From positions 1,312,001 to 1,376,000 of the forward strand of contig OZ240211.1 in NCBI GenBank assembly GCA_965197525.1: a stretch of 64,000 bases of DNA. The letters run 5' to 3'. The position numbers and the translations under genes are program-made. The notes under the pieces were generated by a model, which saw only the letters and a list, made by a program, of their open reading frames with translations, searched no databases and was not told where the DNA came from. Shown here piece by piece: positions 20,727 to 28,791 of this stretch; position 1 is the stretch's first letter; each line of letters starts with the position of its first letter. The stretch is from Nitrosopumilus sp. Lineage in GTDB: Archaea > Thermoproteota > Nitrososphaeria > Nitrososphaerales > Nitrosopumilaceae.

Positions 20727-21014
20727 GACTTGTCTTGATTTTGTCATATTTTTCAACCAGTCCTGTCTCTACTCCCATGTTGAAAAAATACGTCTGAAAA
20801 TTTGCAATCTTGCGTGCCTTTAATGACAATTCTTTTGTCTGCCTTGGTTTTACAATCACTGTTCTATAAATAAAATCTTCTATTTCTTTTTTCATCTAGT
20901 TAATAGTCTGTGTATTATATATAAGCGACGTGTATAATGTAATCCAAGTATGTAATTCCCTTGATTACCTTAAAATTGATTAAATACCACTTATTTTTCT
21001 ATACGTACATCAGC

Positions 21015-21659
21015 ATGCATCCACTAGATCTCTCCCTTACCATAACAAAATCAATTCCAACCTTTCCAGGTTCGCCACAACCGCAATTTATCCGATGGGC
21101 AGACATCCAAAAAGACGGATATAACCTTGAATTATTGTTCCTCAGCTCGCATACTGGTACACATATCGATGCACCATATCATTTTGTCAAGGACGGCCTC
21201 AAGATTCACCAAATCTCACTAGCTAGACTAGTTGGCAAGGCCATTCTAATCAAACTTCCCAAAACCAGCTCCAACAACGTTATAACAAAGTCCGATATTA
21301 TAGCATTTGAAAAAATCAATGGAAAGATTCCAAACAACTCTTCGATCTTCTTTTTTACGTCATGGCAAAAAAATCTGAAAAAAGAGAACTATTTTACTGA
21401 AAACCCCGGTCTTGATGCATCCTCTGCTAAATATCTAGCATCAAAAAAGATCAATCTAGTTGGCATAGATTCTCCAAGCATAGATGTTGGGCAAGATACC
21501 TCATACCACGCACACCACACTCTCTCTCGACATAATATTTTGATAGTAGAGAATCTAACGAATTTGGACAAGATATCTTCCATAAACTTTGATTTTGCAA
21601 TTCTTCCATTAAAACTCCAAGATGCAACCGGCTCTCCTGTGCGTGCTATTGCACTATAA
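21015..21659 (+). CDS. Cyclase family protein (kynurenine formamidase-like; ORF track start 20961)
   Basis: SHTGTHIDAPYHF, VGIDSPSID, IVENL, GSPVRAIA. Confidence 0.9.
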   Translation: MHPLDLSLTITKSIPTFPGSPQPQFIRWADIQKDGYNLELLFLSSHTGTHIDAPYHFVKDGLKIHQISLARLVGKAILIKLPKTSSNNVITKSDIIAFEKINGKIPNNSSIFFFTSWQKNLKKENYFTENPGLDASSAKYLASKKINLVGIDSPSIDVGQDTSYHAHHTLSRHNILIVENLTNLDKISSINFDFAILPLKLQDATGSPVRAIAL

Positions 21660-21715
21660 TTTATTAAAAGACATATTTCCAATACTAAAAATATACAATC
21701 TAATTATCATTCTGT

Positions 21716-22213
21716 ATGAGCAGACCCGGAAATTTTTATAGAAAGATTCACGGAAGAATCACAAAAAAACCCACTAATTTTTCTTGGCTAATTGAGAAGA
21801 GATTAGCAGGTTCAGGCATACCTACAAGTTCTGATGAATTTAACTGGGTTTTGAGCCAAGGTGTAAAATCAATCGTAACTATGACTGAGAATGCTTTACC
21901 TGCCACGTGGGTAAAAGACATTGACTATCTACACGTACCAACTCCTGATTTAACAGCTCCTGATATAGACAGAATAGACGCCGCAGTGGATTTTATTCAA
22001 GAAAAAATCAAAAATGATATACCTGTGATGGTTCATTGTGCTGCAGGCATGGGGAGAGCAGGTACTATACTTGCATGTTATTTTATCAAATACAAAAAAT
22101 TCTCAGCGGATAAAGCAATTGAAAAGATTCGACATGAACGACCAGGTTCTATTCAATCTCAGGTGCAAGAGACTGCGATTGAATTTTATGAAAAACATGT
22201 AAAAATTAGTTAA
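21716..22213 (+). CDS. Dual-specificity protein phosphatase
   Basis: VHCAAGMGRAG (CX5R) motif. Confidence 0.92.
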   Translation: MSRPGNFYRKIHGRITKKPTNFSWLIEKRLAGSGIPTSSDEFNWVLSQGVKSIVTMTENALPATWVKDIDYLHVPTPDLTAPDIDRIDAAVDFIQEKIKNDIPVMVHCAAGMGRAGTILACYFIKYKKFSADKAIEKIRHERPGSIQSQVQETAIEFYEKHVKIS

Positions 22214-22356
22214 ATAAATTCTGAAACTAATTTCCCATCCACAATTTTTATCTTCAAAGTCTTATTCTCTTGAAAGACCAACGTTATACCGCCATCCTCA
22301 TCAGGATCTTCAACCTTGACTAGCTCTAACATTTTGATTGAATCAAATTTCGTCAT
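22210..22356 (-). CDS. 48-aa microprotein, paralog of 22368-22520
   Basis: MTKFDSIKMLELVKVEDPDEDGGITLVFQENKTLKIKIVDGKLVSEFI; below the ORF-track cutoff. Confidence 0.75.
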   Translation of the reverse strand: MTKFDSIKMLELVKVEDPDEDGGITLVFQENKTLKIKIVDGKLVSEFI

Positions 22357-22367
22357 TCATTATTCAC

Positions 22368-22520
22368 CTACTCTGGAATTGATACCGCCTCAATCTTTCC
22401 ATCAACTGCTTTTATGAACAAAAATCTATTATCTTTAAAGATAAAAGTAATTCCACCCTCCTTGTCCGGATCTTCTACTTCAAGTACTGGTTGTCCTAGC
22501 AGACCGTCGTATTTTGCCAT
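22368..22520 (-). CDS. 50-aa microprotein, paralog of 22210-22356
   Basis: MAKYDGLLGQPVLEVEDPDKEGGITFIFKDNRFLFIKAVDGKIEAVSIPE; shares VEDPDxxGGIT...IKxVDGK. Confidence 0.75.
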   Translation of the reverse strand: MAKYDGLLGQPVLEVEDPDKEGGITFIFKDNRFLFIKAVDGKIEAVSIPE

Positions 22521-22799
22521 ATAGAATTACAGCAAAAAGTTCCTTATATCCCTAATTATGTTATTTTTTCTATCCGTCTATCTTTTCACAATTGTTCAGA
22601 TCCGACTACAATCATATCTATTTAGTGTGACGTCATTAAGTCTTTGCAATTTACCGAGACATCGAAACGGCTATAGCTGGGAACGTTTACCATTGTCAAA
22701 ACTAGGTGGATTACTTCCCGTCACTTGGAAGTTGTAGCATCTTACCTTACCACAGTCCAGATCTGTAGGACAGGGAGAAACGCAGACACATGGTACGAG

Positions 22800-22977
22800 G
22801 GATCATATCTTGGTTGTTTTTGGGATTCTGACACTATCAGCTTTTCTGTGATGGGAATTGGGTCATGGAGAGTATCCAGCGGGATCCTTGTTTAGCTATA
22901 AATTTGTCAGGAAAAGAACATACCGATATTTTTGCATGCCTCACCCATGACAGACCGGATTAGTTGTGGTAGAATAA
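22800..22977 (+). pseudogene. Blue-copper (cupredoxin) protein remnant
   Basis: 22891-22977 reads FSYKFVRKRTYRYFCMPHP*QTGLVVVE*, with TGA at the conserved Trp; upstream frames are broken, so the 5' boundary is approximate. Confidence 0.65.
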
Positions 22978-23065
22978 CTAGTAAGGATTTAATTTAATCC
23001 AAGTGTTTATCTTATTGATGTTTGGTTTCTGGTATGTTAGGTAGAACATTACTTCAGGATTGGAT

Positions 23066-23296
23066 CTAGCCAGACGGTAAACCATCATTAATGATTTTTT
23101 CCAACACGTCCTTTCTATGGTAAAATGCAAGCGGGTCAGTATCAAAAATACGGTATAGTTTTTTTATTGCCCATAAAGGCACATCAAGCCCTGAAGAGAC
23201 GTTGCATTTGTCACAGACGCCGGTGGTGTCAAATGGTTTTCCCCCATCGTACTCTTTCTGGCAGATGGGGCACACGGGTTTGCCTGACGACATCAT
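23066..23296 (-). CDS. Small putative Zn-binding protein (ORF track start 23359)
   Basis: CPIC...CDKC pair. Confidence 0.5.
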   Translation of the reverse strand: MMSSGKPVCPICQKEYDGGKPFDTTGVCDKCNVSSGLDVPLWAIKKLYRIFDTDPLAFYHRKDVLEKIINDGLPSG

Positions 23297-23360
23297 GTAT
23301 ACCTGTCTTGTAGTCAGGCGAATGGATAAAAAAAATGGATAGGTTTTATTGGTCAGCATG

Positions 23361-24062
23361 TCACAGCACGAGGTATCTGTCTCTCTCTATGTTCCACATT
23401 GAATAATGCGCGATTGTGGTAAATTTGACTAGGTCTCCGTCATGCATGATCCTGTCCGTACAGGTTTGCTGGAATGTGGCGTTGTTGTCTACGATGTTGT
23501 TGCTTGCACATAGCCAACCCTGAGTGAAGTTGTGAACTATCACTTCATACGTGTAAAATGAGGTTCCCCAGCATGCTGGATATACACCAATAGATAGGGG
23601 ATCGGTGTATATGATTGCCCAGTATGATGTGTCTGTTGGCGTGTTGATGGTTGCTCTGGCATTATATGTCTGGCTTGAATTATTGCATCCAATCTGTGCG
23701 TCATCCACTATCACATAATGGCCTGACGATGACCGTGGCATTCTGTCTACCTTGTTTGTCTGGCCTTCGTATGTGTCAGAAATCGGGGATAACCGTTGAA
23801 TTTTCTCATCTATTGCTGACAGCCTTTCATTAAGGTTTGCGATGTTCTCAAGATGCGTGTTTCGTTGCTCTTCTGTCTGAGATGCTGCTGCAAGCTTCTC
23901 CTCTTCTATGATTTCATCTTGGATTGTATTTGCTTGTGCAAACAACTCAATCAGCCGCTCTCTTATGTCACTGACCTTTTCTGTTGCAGAGGATTGTTCA
24001 ATTCCCATGGGAATCACCAATGCCAAAGCAAGCATAGACATCAAGAAAATAACTTTCTTCAT
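23361..24062 (-). CDS. Secreted hypothetical protein: signal peptide, coiled-coil segment, 4-Cys beta-rich C-terminal domain
   Basis: MKKVIFLMSMLALALVIPMGIEQSSA signal; acidic heptad region; four Cys in the C-terminal half (ORF track start 24128). Confidence 0.7.
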   Translation of the reverse strand: MKKVIFLMSMLALALVIPMGIEQSSATEKVSDIRERLIELFAQANTIQDEIIEEEKLAAASQTEEQRNTHLENIANLNERLSAIDEKIQRLSPISDTYEGQTNKVDRMPRSSSGHYVIVDDAQIGCNNSSQTYNARATINTPTDTSYWAIIYTDPLSIGVYPACWGTSFYTYEVIVHNFTQGWLCASNNIVDNNATFQQTCTDRIMHDGDLVKFTTIAHYSMWNIERDRYLVL

Positions 24063-24830
24063 TGCAGAATCGAAGAAATATAAAGTTAATAGGGTTTGAT
24101 TAAAAATATTTTGAACCAACAAAGTCATTAGCTCCTACATTGAGCGCGCAAGTAATTATGTGTTTCTGAGGAATTTTACCGAATAAAATAAAACATGATT
24201 TTTAGAAAGTTAGGATAATTTCAGTTCGTCTGTCAAGCGTAGTTTTCTCCAAACTCCTAGAGATGGTCTTTGAATAAATTAGCCAACCACATCACCAGAA
24301 TGACCAGAATTCCTCAGATAAGCCAGATCTAATAAATTCATCAGAAACCATAAGAATGATTTCTATTAATATGAGAAGCCAAGTCTTGAAAAACATCTCA
24401 TTTTCCAAAATCAATGCCAAAAACTAGGCACAAAAGATCCGTTAACAGCAGGAAACTACGTGGAACAATAACTAATTCGCGCTCGTATTACTGAAAGTGG
24501 TCATTTCACCACTGAGCTGATTGTTTTGAATCCATTCTATGGTACTCTCCTTTTGTTCCATCTTGTCCTGTAGGAAGGCAATTCTTTCGTGGATTGTCGT
24601 CATGTTTTCACGCAAAACATCCTCCCTAAAAACACATGTCCCGCTTTAATCTTAATTACCAGTATGTTTTCCTATGAAATTCAAAATCCCCGCACTTGGT
24701 GTGTGTTTGTGCGCCTTTATAATCAAGCGAGTTGTTTGCCAATACTTTGTCCCTGATAAATTAACACGTCATGGCAATAATGTTTACTTCAATATTTTTT
24801 GAATCAAATCCTATTAACATAACATCTTAA

Positions 24831-26078
24831 ATGTGGGTAATGACTACAAAAACTACAAAGACAACACTGATTGTAGCAATTGCCGCAGCGATGATCCTGT
24901 CCGTAACAGGCATGGATTATGTGTCAGGGCAAGAGTCTACCACCAGCAGGATCGCCGAACCACAGGACTCACCTGCAAAGATAGCCATTCAGGAAAGAGC
25001 AGACACGCTGTTTGCAGAGCAGGAACTCGTATATGCTGAAGGCGCACCGCTCAAGTCAAAGTATGACAAACGCGGAATGGACGCAATGACGGAACAGGAA
25101 GTCAGGAACATGAAGCGAATAGCCAAACAGTTGGAAAACATAAAGCTGAAAATTGACAGGCTTAATACTGAATCCAAGGCCTTGGTCACCATTTCAGACA
25201 ATGACAAGAATGTACTACGCAACGCAATGGATGCGATTGTGGATGCAGAGATCCCCTTCACTGGAATGTCTTCTGACTGGAACAACGAAGCGTTAGCTAT
25301 AGGGTTTGAGACTCAGGAGCTTGCAGACCAGTATGCGCCACAGATTGACGAACTGACTGACGTGACGTTCTATACGCGCGTTCACGGTTATCCAGTATTG
25401 GACGCGTGTGCATCACTGACGTCCAACTGTGACCCGTTACTGGGAGGAGTGAAAATCGCTATCGATTTTGCCCCCGATAACCCAGTGGGATGCTCGTATT
25501 CCACGGCAGCAGACAGGGATGTGTTCTGGTGGACAGACTATGGGTTCCTTACTGCAGCGCACTGCTTCCCGCATAATGCATCTGGTACTGACGTTTGGCA
25601 GCCAGATGAGAACGGCGGAAAGATAGGCGACTTGAATATCTGGAAGTGGGACACAAACAGTGCTGATTGTGACTGTGCCTTTGTCAAAAAGGCAGGTAAT
25701 GAGATGCACTGGAAAGCCGCATATGAAGGCTCACACGACTCGATCTCATTCGGCGGATTTTCAGATCCCTCAGTAGGTGAATACGTGACAATTGTAGGCC
25801 AGAACGGAATACGCCACAACCTGCAAGTTGATTCGTTGGAATACACAGCAAGGACAACTTCACATGACAATCCTCCCGTCCGGCATCTCATGGTAGACAT
25901 GATTGAGCTGGACAACTGGGGAACGTCATCAGGTGACAGCGGAGGCACCGTTTATGGAGCAGGTTCCAACCCGCACTACCACGGCATAATCCAAGGTCAC
26001 ATTGGTTCCACCGGGTCATCTGGCAAGACGATAGTCAGCGCATGGACAAACATAGACACACACTTTGGACTTAACTAG
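24831..26078 (+). CDS. Secreted chymotrypsin-clan (S1, alpha-lytic-like) serine protease with pro-region
   Basis: Signal peptide; catalytic triad FLTAAHC, DCDCAFV, GDSGG; LLGGVKI at the start of the mature domain. Confidence 0.9.
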   Translation: MWVMTTKTTKTTLIVAIAAAMILSVTGMDYVSGQESTTSRIAEPQDSPAKIAIQERADTLFAEQELVYAEGAPLKSKYDKRGMDAMTEQEVRNMKRIAKQLENIKLKIDRLNTESKALVTISDNDKNVLRNAMDAIVDAEIPFTGMSSDWNNEALAIGFETQELADQYAPQIDELTDVTFYTRVHGYPVLDACASLTSNCDPLLGGVKIAIDFAPDNPVGCSYSTAADRDVFWWTDYGFLTAAHCFPHNASGTDVWQPDENGGKIGDLNIWKWDTNSADCDCAFVKKAGNEMHWKAAYEGSHDSISFGGFSDPSVGEYVTIVGQNGIRHNLQVDSLEYTARTTSHDNPPVRHLMVDMIELDNWGTSSGDSGGTVYGAGSNPHYHGIIQGHIGSTGSSGKTIVSAWTNIDTHFGLN

Positions 26079-26715
26079 TCCATTTTTTTCTTTTCTCAAA
26101 CCGATTAGAAAGAACACGTTCCAAAAGTATTCCCGTTGTAACCACCATTGCCGGAACAATCAGTGAAATCGCGATAGACTCGATAGAATATGCTCCTGTC
26201 AACGTATCTGTCACATGGGAAAAGACACCGTCAAGAATTACTGTGGCGTCGGGATCTATTTTATCTTCTGGTTTGGAAGGAACTTGGTACTTCCTGACTG
26301 CAAACCATGACACAACCCCTGCAATGCCTACTCCAGCAAACCTCATAACACGTATCAGTGCGTTTGATAGAGATTTGCTTTTTCTGGCTTTCTCTGCCGC
26401 CTTTTCGGGCAGTATCAGTATGCCAGGCTTTGCAGCATAGTATTTCATTGTTCTGTTTTTGCTGTTGAATTTTGTCTTGGAAACCACTACTACACCAGCA
26501 CACATCATGATGTTGAGATGATGTATTACCAGTGACAGTGACAGTTCAGTCTTCTTTGAAATCTCCTGTGCGGTAAGCTCCTCGTTCCACAAAAACTGTA
26601 GGATAACCTTGCTGTTTTTGCTGTTCAGAGTCTTTCCAAGAGGCTTGAGTTTTTCATCCTTGTTGGAAAATATCATTACATCTTCAAACGGTTCGTCTTT
26701 GGAAGCGTCTACCAT
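26071..26715 (-). CDS. ArsR-like wHTH regulator with two C-terminal TM helices
   Basis: LTAQEISKKTELSLSLVIHHLNIMMCAGVV...KYY; TM segments FAGVGIAGVVSWFAV and IAISLIVPAMVVTTGILL. Confidence 0.8.
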   Translation of the reverse strand: MVDASKDEPFEDVMIFSNKDEKLKPLGKTLNSKNSKVILQFLWNEELTAQEISKKTELSLSLVIHHLNIMMCAGVVVVSKTKFNSKNRTMKYYAAKPGILILPEKAAEKARKSKSLSNALIRVMRFAGVGIAGVVSWFAVRKYQVPSKPEDKIDPDATVILDGVFSHVTDTLTGAYSIESIAISLIVPAMVVTTGILLERVLSNRFEKRKKWTS

Positions 26716-26873
26716 TTAAAAAAACGACAGCTCTTCATATTAAAAAGATTTGTTTGATCAGGTTACCTACCGACAACTTCCCAGTCCGTTATAGATCTAT
26801 ATGTGGAAACAATCAATCATTAATATCCATCAAGATCTGAATATTACAATACTATAACAATATCTCTGGCATC

Positions 26874-27410
26874 CTAACCAACTGCGACTTCGATCTCATT
26901 GGCGTGGTTCTTAATATTTCCAGTTTCAGTATAATCGTGCTTTTGCCATGACGCAAAGACCTCCGCACTAATCTTATGCTTACCTATGCCTAAATCTGAT
27001 GCCTTGAACACAAATCTTTCATCAAAATCAAATAATTCTTTCCTTACATCTTCCTCCGTTAATCTGATAAACGGCTCAAAATTTTTGGCCACCTGCACCC
27101 AAATTCTTTTATCTTTCATTGGATTGACGAGTTTTGGGTTTCTTGTCCAAAAGATAGATGCTTTTCTATAGGTATCAACCGTTCGTCCTAACTCCTTCTT
27201 CCTGAATCCTCCAGATGTTAGTTTTACACCGTATTTTATCTTAAATGAAACATCATTGTTGTTGTATGCCTTGGTCCAGTTACTCTCATTAAAATCATCT
27301 CTTAAACCTCCCCGTACAGAAAACTGCACGTTTATCTGAATATTTTCATTGAGTGCGTATGCATCCTTTTGACTTGTCAATTTTATCTCTGAGATTCGAC
27401 TTTCACCCAT
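26874..27410 (-). CDS. Conserved hypothetical protein (Ig-like beta sandwich possible)
   Basis: Clean 178-aa ORF divergent from rpoL. Confidence 0.6.
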   Translation of the reverse strand: MGESRISEIKLTSQKDAYALNENIQINVQFSVRGGLRDDFNESNWTKAYNNNDVSFKIKYGVKLTSGGFRKKELGRTVDTYRKASIFWTRNPKLVNPMKDKRIWVQVAKNFEPFIRLTEEDVRKELFDFDERFVFKASDLGIGKHKISAEVFASWQKHDYTETGNIKNHANEIEVAVG

Positions 27411-27457
27411 TTACTACATAATGATTTATATCCGCAATATGTGCTTTTTCTGAATAC

Positions 27458-27736
27458 ATGAACGCGCAAGTGATAAGTTCCAAGCCTAAAGAGATCAATC
27501 TTTCAATCACCCAAACCGATGTAGGGATTTTATACATCATTCAGCATGAGCTTTTACAAGCATCAAACGTTGATTTTGCAGGAGTTATTGTAAAACACCC
27601 TCTTACCAACGAATGCTGGATGAGAATTAACTCTACTACAAAGCCGTTAGGGGTGATTAAACGTGCAACAGGATCTGCAACAACCATGGCAAACGAACTC
27701 AAAGAACTATTCAAATCTGAACTAAAGGTAAGCTAA
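27458..27736 (+). CDS. rpoL: RNA polymerase subunit Rpo11 (L)
   Basis: V.FAG...HPL motif; adjacent to TFS. Confidence 0.85.
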   Translation: MNAQVISSKPKEINLSITQTDVGILYIIQHELLQASNVDFAGVIVKHPLTNECWMRINSTTKPLGVIKRATGSATTMANELKELFKSELKVS

Positions 27737-27737
27737 A

Positions 27738-28055
27738 TTGAAATTTTGCCCAGACTGTGGAGTTAAATTAAAAAATAGCGATTCCGGTCTTCAATGCCCC
27801 AAATGTGGTCACATTGAAGGATCAAAGATAAAACCCAAAAAACAGATTGTTGAAGATCAAGAACCCACCAAAGATTTTACTGTTTTTGAAGCAGATGAAG
27901 GTGATGAGATGCTACCTACAATTGAGATAGAATGTGAAAAATGCGGTCATAATCTGGCTGTTTGGTGGATGTTTCAAACTCGAAGTGCTGATGAACCAAC
28001 TACCCAATTTTACCGATGCCAAAAATGTAAATATACCTGGCGTAATTATGCATGA
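27738..28055 (+). CDS. tfs: Transcription factor S
   Basis: FCPDCG...CPKCG N-terminal ribbon; CEKCG...QTRSADEPTTQFYRCQKC. Confidence 0.95.
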   Translation: MKFCPDCGVKLKNSDSGLQCPKCGHIEGSKIKPKKQIVEDQEPTKDFTVFEADEGDEMLPTIEIECEKCGHNLAVWWMFQTRSADEPTTQFYRCQKCKYTWRNYA

Positions 28056-28660
28056 TTTTTTATTTCCAAGCAAGATATAGATTTTAATTTTTTAATTATT
28101 CAATCTACACACAATAACCATATCCAATCTTGATCCCAAAAACTGATCTATCAAATCGCAAACTCTAATAATAATTTCTCATCTATAGTATTATGATAAG
28201 CCAATTCTATTATTATTGTTTTGAAATTAACGATCATGTGTATAAAATAAAAAATATATTTGGAGATGGAAAACAACGACTGGCATCAAGACACCATACT
28301 TTAATTCAACACAATAATATCAAACTGTTTCAATTCCCAAATAATGATTTTTACTAGTTTTTGGTCGCAAAGTACAAATCTGTAGTCTTGGTTCTATTAC
28401 CACAATCATCATCATCTCAATAATGTGATTAATAATCATTGATGGTCATTACAACCATTCACTTTCCACGAAAGTTTTACGCCGTACTTCAAATTAAAAA
28501 ACAGATTGATTTACGCCTAAAATTAACTACATCGCACATAGTAAAACTACAGATAAGAAAGCCATTCTGTCTAACATAATACTACGATTATCTAAACATC
28601 AAACATATTGGTTTAAGAGGATAGTATTTTTGTATCAGTTTATAAAATTTATAAAATAGG

Positions 28661-28751
28661 TAGTGTGTTTCATAACCCTCTTAGTTATGCCCAGACGGTT
28701 GCTAGGTGGCAGGTATTTCGCGCATATGATTTAGAGTTATGAAACACACTA
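28661..28751. mobile_element. 91-bp MITE with 16-bp perfect TIR and 8-bp TSD
   Basis: TAGTGTGTTTCATAAC (28661-28676) / GTTATGAAACACACTA (28736-28751); AAAATAGG at 28653-28660 and 28752-28759. Confidence 0.85.
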
Positions 28752-28791
28752 AAAATAGGATAATTTTTATCACAGCGTTTAGTTCGAAATA

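Larger units (their letters stand above)
18023..20895 (-). pseudogene. tnpB: TnpB/Cas12f-like RNA-guided nuclease, split by an ISH3-like IS and one frameshift
   Basis: Fragments 20895-20728, 19421-about 18695 and about 18700-18023. RuvC-I CGIDMG, RuvC-II IVMEKL, Zn ribbon CSKC/CVCC, RuvC-III DADGNAGANI. Removing the IS and one TSD copy joins the first two parts in frame. Confidence 0.88.
18018..20960 (-). mobile_element. Non-autonomous TIR element carrying a TnpB-like nuclease; 8-bp TSD
   Basis: End 18018-18042 GGGACTTAAATACCTAGGTTACATT versus reverse complement of 20936-20960 GGGAATTACATACTTGGATTACATT (20/25). TTGATTAC flanks both ends (18010-18017, 20961-20968). 1638 bp after removing the nested IS. 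Confidence 0.8.

Noticed and set aside
18008-20968. 10-bp direct repeat CCTTGATTAC as the TSD
   Set aside because: The CC at 20959-20960 belongs to the TIR (CCC pairs with GGG at 18018-18020), so the TSD is 8 bp and the CC at 18008-18009 is coincidental.
24250-24610. Broken minus-strand frames resembling a membrane protein
   Set aside because: Multiple stops and no diagnostic motif; cannot be assigned.
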